NCBI GenBank assembly: GCA_023383055.1
Contig: JAHDYP010000002.1
Coordinates: 28,791 to 92,790 of the forward strand
Direction: 5' to 3'
DNA: 64,000 nucleotides
Origin: Verrucomicrobiota bacterium
GTDB lineage: Bacteria > Verrucomicrobiota > Verrucomicrobiia > Limisphaerales > JAHDYP01
How positions within the stretch are numbered: position 1 is the stretch's first letter; each line of letters starts with the position of its first letter. Both the position numbers and the translations under genes were made by a program. The notes beneath the pieces are model-generated. The model worked only from the letters and a program-made list of their open reading frames with translations. It was not told the DNA's origin and searched no databases. Shown one piece after another: positions 1-8,927 of the stretch.

Positions 1-668
1 GCGGAAACGTCGGTGACATCCAGCCCGGTCACGTAGCGCAACTGCATCAGCGCATGGGTGCCGATGTCGCCGCCACAGCCGGAACCGCCCGCCATCTTGG
101 GGTTGGTGCGCCAAACGGCCTGTTGAACGCCGGTGGCCTCGACCTTGGTCGCCAGCCAGCCTTGCAGATAGTAGGAGTCCACCCAACGCACGTCGCCGAT
201 CAACCCGCTGCGCACAATGTATCGAGACAACCGGCTCGTCCAATGCCCGAGATACGTGTGCGCCACGCCAAACGGTATCTTGAGCGATCGCACGGTCTTC
301 ACCAATTCGGCGGATTCCTCGAGCGTCACCGTCAGCGGCTTCTCGCAAAATACCGGTATGCCCGCCTTGAGGGCTTTCATCGCCGGATCGAAATGAACAA
401 AATTCGGGGTCACAATCAGCACATAGTCCAGCCGCTCGGCCGCCGGAAGCCCCGCCTGCGCCGAAATCATCTCGTCGTAGGAACCATAGCCCTTGATCGG
501 GTACGGCCAATTCGCGGCTTCCTCCAGCGCAATCTTCGGGTCGGGAAACAGCGCGCCCGCCACCACCCGGCGCGTGCCGTCGAAGTGGATCGCTTTCTGA
601 TGAGGATTGACGATGAACGCGCCTCGGCCACCACCGATTAGGCCGACATTGAGGGGTTTATTGGCCAT
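1..668 (-). CDS. Gfo/Idh/MocA family NAD(P)-dependent oxidoreductase, N-terminal ~222 codons (gene runs off the window start)
   Basis: Absent from the ORF track because no stop lies in the window. Reverse-strand translation from ATG 668-666 reads MANKPLNVGLIGGGRGAFIV...VLIVTPNFVHFDPAMKALKAGIPVFCEKPLTVTLEES, showing the Rossmann G-rich start and the EKP motif of this family. The listed + ORF 54..641 is its antisense shadow. Confidence 0.8.
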   Translation of the reverse strand, partial: MANKPLNVGLIGGGRGAFIVNPHQKAIHFDGTRRVVAGALFPDPKIALEEAANWPYPIKGYGSYDEMISAQAGLPAAERLDYVLIVTPNFVHFDPAMKALKAGIPVFCEKPLTVTLEESAELVKTVRSLKIPFGVAHTYLGHWTSRLSRYIVRSGLIGDVRWVDSYYLQGWLATKVEATGVQQAVWRTNPKMAGGSGCGGDIGTHALMQLRYVTGLDVTDVS

Positions 669-926
669 AAGATGAATCACTTGGATTGTTATACCGCTTT
701 TCGTTTTGTCCCGCGGGGATCCCCCGCGGGATCTCCCAACGCTCTCGGATTGAGGGGGTTCACCCTAAATCAAAGGCGCTCCCATTCAAGTATTTTCGTG
801 CCGCATTCCAAGAATGGATGTTGAATTGGCGCAGGTGAATCCTATAGTCACCAGTAACTTGTGGGCAGCCAACCCAGTCCGCCAGCTGTCGCCCCGGCGG
901 TCTGCCGACGCCGCTCGTGATCGAAT

Positions 927-1289
927 ATGTTGATCAGCGTCCTGAAATCTAAAATCCATCGGGCCATCGTCACCGCGGCCTGCCTCGACTACCAGGGCAG
1001 CCTCACCATCGCCGAGGATCTCATGGCCCGCGTCGGGTTGCTGACCTATGAACGCATCCTCTGCAGTAACCTCGCCAACGGCCAGCGCTTCGAAACCTAC
1101 GCCATTCCAGGCCCGTCCGAAAGCGGTGCCATCCAACTCAACGGCGCCACCGCTCACCTCGGCAAGGTCGGCCATCGCCTCGTGATCATGAGCTTCATCC
1201 AACTCGCCCCGGATACGGCCGCCCAGTGGCACCCCAAGATCATCGTCCTCGGCGAAAACAATGCCATCATCAATGAACGCGGTCTGTGA
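927..1289 (+). CDS. panD: aspartate 1-decarboxylase
   Basis: 120 aa. MLISVLKSKIHRAIVT..LDYQGSLTIAEDL..ETYAI..NGATAH matches PanD, including the Gly-Ser self-processing site. Confidence 0.9.
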   Translation: MLISVLKSKIHRAIVTAACLDYQGSLTIAEDLMARVGLLTYERILCSNLANGQRFETYAIPGPSESGAIQLNGATAHLGKVGHRLVIMSFIQLAPDTAAQWHPKIIVLGENNAIINERGL

Positions 1290-1301
1290 CTCCCCGCCAC
1301 C

Positions 1302-2327
1302 ATGCACCTGACTGCCGGTGAAGTCGCCCAACAGCTCGGCGGCACGGTGATCGGTGAGACCACGATCGCCCTGAACAGCTTCGCCCAGGCCGACAAAGCC
1401 AAAGAAGGCGACCTTACCTTCGCCGAAAACCACACTTACTTCACCCGCGCCGACCAAAGCGCCGCCTCAGCCATCCTCGTCGACACGGATTACGGACTGA
1501 GCCGCAAGACGTTGATCCGTGTGCCCAACGCGCGCATCGCTTTCGCCAAAGCGCTCGCCCTCTTCTTCCCGGAACCCGAATTGCCCGCCGGTGTGCACCC
1601 CAGCTCCGTCATCGCCGCCACCGCCCAGGTGGATCCAACCGCCTGCGTGGGACCTCATTGCGTGGTCGGCGAATCCGCGCAGATCGGGCCGCGCGCCGTT
1701 CTGCACGGCGGCAACCACGTCGGCGCCCACTGCGTCGTGGGCGAGGCGTCTCAGCTTTACCCCAATGCGGTGCTCTACGCGCGGACTCAGGTGGGCCGCC
1801 GGGTTCGAATCCACGCCGGATCAATCATAGGCTCCGATGGTTTCGGTTACGTCCTGGATAACGTTCAACATCGCAAGGTCCCGCAGGTCGGTCAGGTGAT
1901 CATCCATGACGACGTCGAGATCGGCGCCAACGTCACCATCGATCGCGGCGCGCTCGGCCCCACCACCATCGGCCGCGGCACCAAGATCGATAACCTCGTT
2001 CAGATCGCTCACAACGTCACCTTCGGTGAGCATTGCCTGGTGGTGGCTCAGGCCGGCATCGCCGGCAGCACCAAACTCGGCAATTACGTCACCCTCGCCG
2101 GCCAGGCCGGCCTCGCCGGCCACCTCAAACTGGGCAATCGCGTCGTCGTCGCCGCCCAGTCCGGCGTCATGCACGATATCCCCGACGGCGAGAAGTGGTT
2201 TGGTTACCCCGCCCAACCCGACCGCCAGATGAAACGTCAGATCCTCGCTATCCAGCAACTTCCCCAACTCCTCCGCCGGGTGGCTGAGCTTGAGAAAGCC
2301 CTCAACGCCAGGAAAGTCAGCGCGTAA
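1302..2327 (+). CDS. lpxD: UDP-3-O-acylglucosamine N-acyltransferase
   Basis: 341 aa. The N-terminal LpxD-type domain ([15 protein letters not shown]) is followed by long left-handed beta-helix hexapeptide repeats and a C-terminal helix. Confidence 0.88.
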   Translation: MHLTAGEVAQQLGGTVIGETTIALNSFAQADKAKEGDLTFAENHTYFTRADQSAASAILVDTDYGLSRKTLIRVPNARIAFAKALALFFPEPELPAGVHPSSVIAATAQVDPTACVGPHCVVGESAQIGPRAVLHGGNHVGAHCVVGEASQLYPNAVLYARTQVGRRVRIHAGSIIGSDGFGYVLDNVQHRKVPQVGQVIIHDDVEIGANVTIDRGALGPTTIGRGTKIDNLVQIAHNVTFGEHCLVVAQAGIAGSTKLGNYVTLAGQAGLAGHLKLGNRVVVAAQSGVMHDIPDGEKWFGYPAQPDRQMKRQILAIQQLPQLLRRVAELEKALNARKVSA

Positions 2328-2343
2328 GCGCCGTAAATCGCTA

Positions 2344-2371
2344 TTGACTTGCCGGGGACCTTTGTTACTTT
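2344..2371 (+). promoter_or_regulatory. candidate sigma70-type promoter for rplM-rpsI (TTGACT-N16-TACTTT)
   Basis: TTGACT at 2344-2349 and TACTTT at 2366-2371 lie in the lpxD-rplM spacer, 26 nt upstream of the rplM ATG. The assignment rests on consensus resemblance only. Confidence 0.35.
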
Positions 2372-2396
2372 CACCGCTCCTTATCGTTGGATTTGA

Positions 2397-2831
2397 ATGA
2401 AAACCTATCTGCCCAAAGTCGATCCGGACCAACGCAAGTGGCACGTGATCAATGCTGACGGAGTTGTGCTCGGCCGCCTCGCGGTGCGCGTCGCCGATGT
2501 CCTCCGCGGCAAGAACAAACCCGTGTTCACCCCGCATCTGGATACCGGCGATTTCGTTGTCGTTATCAATGCCGACAAAGTCGTCCTCACCGGGAACAAA
2601 GAAACTCAGAAAACTTTCATGTCGTATTCCGGCTGGAAAGGTGGCGAACACTACCGCACTGTGGCCGACGTGCGCGCCGCTCATCCCGAACGGCTCATCA
2701 CGCATGCGGTCAAAGGGATGCTCCCAAAAAACCGGCTGGGCGCGCAACTCCTCACCAAACTGAAAGTCTACGCCGGCGATCAACACCCGCACGAGGCCCA
2801 AAAACCGGCCCCCATGACGGCCGCCAACTGA
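2397..2831 (+). CDS. rplM: 50S ribosomal protein L13
   Basis: 144 aa. MKTYLPK...[43 protein letters not shown] is canonical L13. Confidence 0.95.
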   Translation: MKTYLPKVDPDQRKWHVINADGVVLGRLAVRVADVLRGKNKPVFTPHLDTGDFVVVINADKVVLTGNKETQKTFMSYSGWKGGEHYRTVADVRAAHPERLITHAVKGMLPKNRLGAQLLTKLKVYAGDQHPHEAQKPAPMTAAN

Positions 2832-2841
2832 TCCACCCCGC

Positions 2842-3237
2842 ATGAACGCAGCCAACGAATTTCTCGGCACCGGTCGTCGCAAAAAGGCCATCGCCCGCGT
2901 CCGCCTCGCCCAAGGCACCGGCACCATCACCATCAACGGTCGCGCCTTCGAACAGTATTTCCCGCTCGAATCGTACCGCACCCAGGCCAGCCAACCCCTC
3001 GCAACCACGGAGACCGCCTCTAAGTTCGACGTCCACGTCAACGTCGTGGGCGGCGGACCCGCCGGACAGGCCGGAGCCGTCCGACACGGCATCGCCCGGG
3101 CCTTGCTGGCTGTCGATCCTGCCTATCGGCCCGCCCTGAAGGCCGAAGGGCTCCTCACCCGCGATCCGCGCTCCCGCGAACGCAAGAAGTACGGTCAGCC
3201 CGGCGCCCGAAAACGATTCCAATACAGCAAACGCTAA
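2842..3237 (+). CDS. rpsI: 30S ribosomal protein S9
   Basis: 131 aa. [12 protein letters not shown]...[19 protein letters not shown]...RKRFQYSKR is canonical S9. Confidence 0.95.
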   Translation: MNAANEFLGTGRRKKAIARVRLAQGTGTITINGRAFEQYFPLESYRTQASQPLATTETASKFDVHVNVVGGGPAGQAGAVRHGIARALLAVDPAYRPALKAEGLLTRDPRSRERKKYGQPGARKRFQYSKR

Positions 3238-3257
3238 AATCCGCTTTCCGCTCTCAG

Positions 3258-3297
3258 CGCCCCGCCGGCCGGACCTCTGCCGCGGGGCGTTTTGCTT
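3258..3297 (+). terminator. intrinsic terminator after rpsI
   Basis: An 8-bp GC stem, CGCCCCGC (3258-3265) paired with GCGGGGCG (3282-3289), is followed by TTTTGCTT. It lies 20 nt after the rpsI stop. Confidence 0.6.
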
Positions 3298-3345
3298 GGA
3301 GCCAGCCCTCTTGCCTGTGCCCAATCGGTTCTCTAATCTATCGCG

Positions 3346-4404
3346 ATGAAATCAAGACGCGCTGCCGTCGTAGGTGCCTCAGGATACTCCGGCGAAGAAC
3401 TGGTTCGACTCCTCCTGCGCCACCCGCACTTCGAGTTGACGACCGTAACCTCCCGCCAAAGCGCCGGGCAGACCATCGCCCAGGTCTTCCCGAAATTCGC
3501 CCATATCCCCGCCGCCCGCGAACTTCGGTTCACCGAGCCAAAAGCCGAGGACATCGCCCACTCCGCCGAGGTGGTTTTCCTGGCGCTGCCGCACGGTCTG
3601 GCCACCGAATTCGCCCTGCCCCTGCTCGATCGCGGCTGCCAAATCATCGATCTGAGCGCCGATTTCCGCCTCCGCAGCGCCGCGGTTTATCAGGAGTTTT
3701 ATGCGCATGCGCATCCGGCGCCCGAATGGCTCCCCAAGGCCGTCTACGGCCTTCCGGAAGTCTACCGCGATCAAATCCGCCAGGCGCAGCTCATCGCCTC
3801 GCCCGGCTGCTATCCGACCAGCATCCTCCTGCCCACCTTGCCGCTGGCGCGCGCCGGACTCATCCAACCCGATCAGATCATCGCCGACTCGCTCAGCGGC
3901 GTGAGTGGCGCCGGGCGAAAAGCGGAGATCGATTACCTCTTCTGCGAATGCAATGAAAGCCTCCGGCCCTACGGCGTGCCCAAACACCGGCACCTCTCCG
4001 AGATCGAAGAACAGCTCTCGCTCGCGGCCGGAATGTCCGTCACCATCCAGTTCACGCCGCACCTCATCCCCGTGAACCGCGGCATCCTCACCACGCTGTA
4101 CCTGGCCCCCGCCACCAACGCCCATGGCCCGAATGCCACCGCGTTCGCTGATCAGGTCGCCGCCTGTTACCACGCCGCCTACGATCACGAACCCTTCGTC
4201 CGCCTCCTGAAGGAAAAGGCATTGCCCGACACCAAAAACGTCGTCGGCACCAACGTGCTCGAACTCGCCTGGCGCGTCGACCCCCGCACCGGCCGGCTCA
4301 TCGTCATGAGCGCTGAAGACAACGTGATCAAAGGTGCCGGCGGCCAGGCCGTCCAAAGCGCCAACATCCTCTGCGGCTTCCCGGAAACCGCCGGGCTCAT
4401 CTGA
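3346..4404 (+). CDS. argC: N-acetyl-gamma-glutamyl-phosphate reductase
   Basis: 352 aa. VVGASGYSGEELVRLL, the active-site region SPGCYPTS, and SGVSGAGRK. Confidence 0.9.
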   Translation: MKSRRAAVVGASGYSGEELVRLLLRHPHFELTTVTSRQSAGQTIAQVFPKFAHIPAARELRFTEPKAEDIAHSAEVVFLALPHGLATEFALPLLDRGCQIIDLSADFRLRSAAVYQEFYAHAHPAPEWLPKAVYGLPEVYRDQIRQAQLIASPGCYPTSILLPTLPLARAGLIQPDQIIADSLSGVSGAGRKAEIDYLFCECNESLRPYGVPKHRHLSEIEEQLSLAAGMSVTIQFTPHLIPVNRGILTTLYLAPATNAHGPNATAFADQVAACYHAAYDHEPFVRLLKEKALPDTKNVVGTNVLELAWRVDPRTGRLIVMSAEDNVIKGAGGQAVQSANILCGFPETAGLI

Positions 4405-4433
4405 TCCAACCACGCGCCCTGAACCCTGCCTTC

Positions 4434-5816
4434 ATGAAACCCAAAATCACTCCCCTCCCCGGCTCCATCGTCGCCCCCCGCGGCTTCCTTGCCGCCGGCG
4501 TGTTCTGCGACATCAAACGTCTCGGCACCGGCAAAGGCTCGGACAAAGGCATGAAACGCGACCTCGCCCTGATCGTCTCCGAGGTCCCTGCCAACGCCGC
4601 CGGCATGTTCACCACCAACCAGGTCTGCGCCGCCCCGGTCAAACTCTGCCGTGAACGCGTGGCCACCGGCCTGGCCCAGGCCATCGTCGTCAACTCCGGA
4701 AACGCCAACGCCTGCACCGGCAACCGAGGCCTGAAGGACGCTCGCGCCATGGCCGCCCTCCTCGCCAACGAACTCCATGCGCCCCAGGAACACATCCTCG
4801 TCGCTTCCACCGGCCGCATCGGACTCCCCCTCCCCATGCCCAATGTCCAGCAGGGCATCCGCCATGCCGTCACCCTCCTCGGCAACGAATCCTCCGATGC
4901 CGCCGCCGCCGCCGAAGCCATCCTCACCAGCGATACCAAACCCAAAGCACTCGCCGTCGAATTCCAGCTTGGCCAACGCCAGGTCCGCATCGGCGGCATC
5001 TGCAAAGGCGCCGGCATGATCCAGCCCGGCATGAGCCCCTCCGGCCAGCGCCCCGCCTCACTGCCCCGACACGCCACCATGCTCGCTTTCCTGACCACGG
5101 ACGCCGCCATCGAACCGCGCACGCTCCAACTCGCCCTCCAGGATGCCGTCGCCCAAAGCTTCAATCGCATCACCGTCGATGGCGATATGAGTACCAATGA
5201 TACAGTCCTGATCCTCGCCAACGGTCTCGCCGAAAACCCTTGCCTCACGCTCGCCCCCGGCGCCCGGTCGCGACGCAAACCCACCTCCCTGGCCCGGCCG
5301 ACCCCTCCCGACTCCAGGGATTTCGCGACGTTCCAGACCGCCCTCAACCATCTCTGCCTCGAACTCGCCAAAATGATCGTTCGGGACGGAGAAGGCGTTC
5401 ACCGGGTCGTCACGCTCCGACTCTCCGGGGCAAAAACCCAAACCGAGGCCGACACCGCGGTTCGCGCCGTGGCCAACAGCCCCTTGGTCAAGACCAGTTG
5501 GCACGGCGGCGACCCAAACTGGGGAAGGATCATGGACGCCCTCGGCTACAGCCCCGCCACCATCGTCGAGGACCAGATCGATATTGGTTATAGCGCCCCC
5601 GGCAAAAGCCGGATTCTCTGGAGCGTGCGACGCGGCCAACCCACCAAGGCCAGTTTCGCCGCCCTCTGCCGCGCGGTCGCCCCCACGGAGTTCGATCTGC
5701 ACATCCGCCTCAACCTTGGCCCGGCCGGCGCCACCCTCTATGCCGCGGATCTCACCGAGGCCTATGTCGAGTTCAACAAAGGCGATGTCTCCAATCCCGC
5801 CTCCCTCGGCGGCTGA
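4434..5816 (+). CDS. argJ: bifunctional glutamate N-acetyltransferase / amino-acid acetyltransferase
   Basis: 460 aa. PRGFLAAGV, the autoprocessing site ..HATMLAFLTTDA, DGDMSTNDTV and DGEGV. It is about 50 aa longer than usual because of two inserts (see findings). Confidence 0.9.
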   Translation: MKPKITPLPGSIVAPRGFLAAGVFCDIKRLGTGKGSDKGMKRDLALIVSEVPANAAGMFTTNQVCAAPVKLCRERVATGLAQAIVVNSGNANACTGNRGLKDARAMAALLANELHAPQEHILVASTGRIGLPLPMPNVQQGIRHAVTLLGNESSDAAAAAEAILTSDTKPKALAVEFQLGQRQVRIGGICKGAGMIQPGMSPSGQRPASLPRHATMLAFLTTDAAIEPRTLQLALQDAVAQSFNRITVDGDMSTNDTVLILANGLAENPCLTLAPGARSRRKPTSLARPTPPDSRDFATFQTALNHLCLELAKMIVRDGEGVHRVVTLRLSGAKTQTEADTAVRAVANSPLVKTSWHGGDPNWGRIMDALGYSPATIVEDQIDIGYSAPGKSRILWSVRRGQPTKASFAALCRAVAPTEFDLHIRLNLGPAGATLYAADLTEAYVEFNKGDVSNPASLGG

Positions 5817-5827
5817 CCACCTCCGTT

Positions 5828-5884
5828 GGCAAATCCGAAATATCCAATCCCAAATCCCAAATGCTTAATCCCAAATCCGAAATG
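5828..5884 (-). repeat. AT-rich 21-bp tandem repeat (2 full units plus a partial one) in the argJ-argB spacer
   Basis: The minus strand reads CATTTCGGATTTGGGATTAAG (5884-5864), CATTTGGGATTTGGGATTGGA (5863-5843) and TATTTCGGATTTGCC (5842-5828). Confidence 0.85.
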
Positions 5885-5965
5885 GGGTGAGGAGGTTCGT
5901 CCAACCATCCTCTCGTCACTCGATTTCTCTTGCCCGTCCGGCTTCATGTGTCTTGCCTATCCGTC

Positions 5966-6841
5966 ATGCAGGATCTGATCGCCAAAGCCCAGACGCTCCT
6001 CGAAGCGCTCCCCTACATCCAGAAGTTCAGCGGCGCCACTTTCGTCATCAAATACGGCGGCAGTTTCATGGATTCTCCCGACCCCGCCGTCCGTCAGGGC
6101 GTCGCCCGCGACCTCGTCTTCCTCGAAGCCGTCGAAATCAATCCCATCGTCGTCCATGGCGGCGGCAAAGCCATCTCCCGCGCCATGGAAAAAGCCGGCC
6201 TCAAACCCACCTTCGTCCAGGGCCAGCGCGTCACCGACGCGGCGACCGTCCAGGTCGTCGATCAAGTCCTCTCCCGCGAAATCAATCCGGAGATCGTGGA
6301 GACCATCAACCAACTCGGCGGCATGGCCCGGGGATTCGCCGGCACCGATATCTTCACCTGTCGCAAACTCTGGCTGGCGGGCCCGCAGTCGGAGCGCGTC
6401 GACCCCGGCTATGTCGGCGAAGTCATCGGGGTCAATACCGCCCCGCTCCTCGAATGCATCCAGCGCGGCATCACCCCCGTCATCAGCCCGACCGCGCGCG
6501 GCGACGACGGCCAGATCTACAATTGCAACGCCGATGTGGCCGCCGCCCAGGCCGCCATCGCCCTCACCGCCCGACGCCTCGTCTTCATGAGCGATGTTCC
6601 GGGCTTGCTCCAGAACCCCCGGGACCCCGCCACTGTCATCGCCCATCTCCGTTCCCAGGAGGTCAGCTCCCTCAAACAGGCCGGCATCATCGACCAGGGC
6701 ATGATCCCCAAAGTCGATAGCGCCGTCGCCGCCATCCGCAGCGGCGTCGAGAAGGTCTCTTTCGTCGATGGCCGCGTCCCACACGCCGTCCTCCTCGAGA
6801 TCTTCACCGACGCCGGCATCGGCACCGAAGTGGTCAGCTGA
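5966..6841 (+). CDS. argB: acetylglutamate kinase
   Basis: ALPYIQKFSGATFVIKYGGSFM, VVHGGG and NCNADVAAA are present. The track ORF opens at 5930; the ATG at 5966 (MQDLIAKAQ) is the more plausible start. Confidence 0.9.
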   Translation: MQDLIAKAQTLLEALPYIQKFSGATFVIKYGGSFMDSPDPAVRQGVARDLVFLEAVEINPIVVHGGGKAISRAMEKAGLKPTFVQGQRVTDAATVQVVDQVLSREINPEIVETINQLGGMARGFAGTDIFTCRKLWLAGPQSERVDPGYVGEVIGVNTAPLLECIQRGITPVISPTARGDDGQIYNCNADVAAAQAAIALTARRLVFMSDVPGLLQNPRDPATVIAHLRSQEVSSLKQAGIIDQGMIPKVDSAVAAIRSGVEKVSFVDGRVPHAVLLEIFTDAGIGTEVVS

Positions 6842-6845
6842 CCCG

Positions 6846-8927
6846 TCACGCCCGCCGTTCCCGGATCGCCGACAGAATCTCCGCCAACACTTCGCCCTTC
6901 GGCTTCGCCCCCTGCGGCCCCTTGCCGTGCAATCGGACACTGACGTTGCCCGCCTCCATGTCGCGCGCCCCGATCACCAGCATCGTATGCACCCGCGACG
7001 TCTCGGCATCGGCGATCTTCGCCTTGATCGGGTTCGCGCTGAAGTCCCCCTCCACCCGCACCATGTTCGCCCGGAGTTCGGTCACGATCGGCTTGGCGTA
7101 ATCCACCAGCGCCGTGTCGTCGTTGAGGGTGAGTACCCGCACCTGCTCAGGCGCCAGCCAGAGCGGAAAATTCCCCGCGTAATGCTCGATCAGAAAACCA
7201 ATGAACCGCTCGTGCGTTCCCAATGGCGCCCGATGGATGCATAACGGCGTCTTGAGCGCATTGTCCCGATCCTTGTATACCAGACCGAACCTGGCCGGCA
7301 CCGCGAAATCCACCTGGTTCGTGGCGATCGTAAACTCCCGCCCGATGGCACTCCAGACCTGGACATCGATCTTCGGCCCGTAAAAGGCCGCTTCATTCGT
7401 GACCTCGACGTAATTGATCCCGCTTTCCTGCAACACCCGACGCACCAGGTCCTCGGTCTTGAGCCACAGCTCGGGTTCATCGACGTACTTCTTGCCCAGG
7501 CCCGCTTTCGCGTGGGTGCTGAACCGCATCTGGTACTTCTCGAGTCCGAAGACCTTGAAATACTTGAGGTACATGTCGTTCACGGCCCGGAACTCATCGG
7601 CGAACTGCTCTTCCGTGCAGTATATGTGCGCGTCGTTCATGTTCAACGACCGCACCCGCATCAACCCGAACAACTCACCGCTCTGCTCATACCGATAACA
7701 GCACCCATACTCCGCCAGCCGCAACGGCAGATCCCGGTAACTCCGCGGCTCCGCCGCGAAAATCCGGTGATGATGCGGACAGTTCATCGCCTTGAGATAA
7801 TAGCGCTCTGGCACGAGCGCCGACCGGAACAACGACATTTCACCAAGTTTCTGGAGCTTTCCCTCTGCCTCTTGTCGCTCGCTATCGGGCCGCTTCTGCA
7901 TTCTCCGGCTGAGTTCCTTTCCCAAGTCCATCCCGGGAGGGAACTTGCCACACCACTCACCGTCCCACTCCGGAAAGATCTGCCGAAAATAGTCGAACTG
8001 GCTTGTCTGGAGTTGCGTCTCGGTCTCGGTGAGTTGCCGCTGTTGAGCGCCCTCTGCCCGCAATTCCATCGGCGGAAACATGCTCTCCGCGTAATACGGC
8101 AGATGCCCCGAGGTCAGATACATCCTCTCCTTCGCCAAATGCGGCGTGCGCACCCGGACATACCCGGCCGCAAACTCGGTCTCTTTCGCGAGTTTCTCCA
8201 GTTCCTCGACCAGCACCGTGCCCTTCGGCAACCACAACGGCATCCCGGGCCCGGTGTATTCCGCGTCCATGAAAAACAGACCCATCTCCTGACCGATCTT
8301 GCGATGATCGCGGCGTTTGGCTTCCTCGAGCATCTTGAAATACTCCTCGAGCTGGGTCTTGTTCTTGAACGCCGTCCCATAAATCCGCTGTAACTGCGGG
8401 TTCCTCTCGTCGCCCTTGTAATAGGCGCTCGCCACGCTCGTAAGCCTGTAGGCGCCGATGTTCCCGGTGCGCATCACGTGCGGCCCGGCGCACAAATCGA
8501 CAAAATCCCCGCTCCGATAATACGATATGGGCTCGCCCTCCGGAATCTGGTTCAACAGGTCGAGCTTGAACTTGCTCACCTGGCCCGGTCGCTCGCTCAA
8601 CCCGCCCAACCGCCCGCTCCGCGCGTCGATGATCGCCTGATCCCGCGTCACCACCACCTTCTCGAATACATGGTTCGCTTTGATCTCCCGCTTCATCTCG
8701 GCCTCGATCGCCGGAAAATCCTCGGGCGCAATCCGGTGGTCCAACTCGACGTCGTAATAAAACCCGTTCTCGACCGGCGGACCGTAGGCAAACTGCGCGT
8801 CCGGCCAGAGCCGAAGAATGGCCGTGGCCATCACGTGCGCGCACGAGTGCCGCAACCGCTCCAGCTCGGTCATCTGCGCCCGCTGTTCCAGACTCTTGCG
8901 TTCCGATCCGTTGCTTTCCGCTTCCAT
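6846..8927 (-). CDS. thrS: threonine--tRNA ligase (lacks the N-terminal TGS domain; carries an ~85-aa insert)
   Basis: RHSCAHVMA (editing/SAD domain), YLKAMNCPHHHRIF, the class II motifs and an anticodon-binding C-terminus are present. The track ORF starts at TTG 8960; ATG 8927 (MEAES) or 8873 is more likely. Confidence 0.9.
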   Translation of the reverse strand: MEAESNGSERKSLEQRAQMTELERLRHSCAHVMATAILRLWPDAQFAYGPPVENGFYYDVELDHRIAPEDFPAIEAEMKREIKANHVFEKVVVTRDQAIIDARSGRLGGLSERPGQVSKFKLDLLNQIPEGEPISYYRSGDFVDLCAGPHVMRTGNIGAYRLTSVASAYYKGDERNPQLQRIYGTAFKNKTQLEEYFKMLEEAKRRDHRKIGQEMGLFFMDAEYTGPGMPLWLPKGTVLVEELEKLAKETEFAAGYVRVRTPHLAKERMYLTSGHLPYYAESMFPPMELRAEGAQQRQLTETETQLQTSQFDYFRQIFPEWDGEWCGKFPPGMDLGKELSRRMQKRPDSERQEAEGKLQKLGEMSLFRSALVPERYYLKAMNCPHHHRIFAAEPRSYRDLPLRLAEYGCCYRYEQSGELFGLMRVRSLNMNDAHIYCTEEQFADEFRAVNDMYLKYFKVFGLEKYQMRFSTHAKAGLGKKYVDEPELWLKTEDLVRRVLQESGINYVEVTNEAAFYGPKIDVQVWSAIGREFTIATNQVDFAVPARFGLVYKDRDNALKTPLCIHRAPLGTHERFIGFLIEHYAGNFPLWLAPEQVRVLTLNDDTALVDYAKPIVTELRANMVRVEGDFSANPIKAKIADAETSRVHTMLVIGARDMEAGNVSVRLHGKGPQGAKPKGEVLAEILSAIRERRA

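Noticed and set aside
54-641. 195-aa plus-strand ORF at the window start
   Set aside because: It lies entirely antisense to a well-supported Gfo/Idh/MocA oxidoreductase reading frame (1-668, minus). Its Arg/His/Pro-rich low-complexity translation is typical of high-GC shadow ORFs.
1821-3092. 423-aa minus ORF, plus similar long ORFs at 3379..4413(-), 4397..5371(-), 5957..6940(-), 17267..18844(+), 18570..19883(+), 23577..25169(-), 33411..34607(-), 36512..37561(+), 41749..42996(+), 43611..45326(+), 46945..48555(+), 49182..50399(+), 56540..57460(+), 60901..61899(-), 61158..62108(+) and 62459..63634(-)
   Set aside because: All are antisense to, or out of frame with, genes that have clear family signatures. 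They have Gly/Arg/Asp/Pro-biased compositions with no motifs, as expected in GC-rich DNA where stop codons are rare.
5828-5884. G-quadruplex or classical ARG-box interpretation of the GGGATT-type repeats (also at 50837-50857)
   Set aside because: Only three clear G-runs occur per locus, and they are short, so a stable G4 is doubtful. The unit is not palindromic and does not match the TGAAT-N4-ATTCA ARG-box consensus. It is retained only as a candidate operator of unknown specificity.
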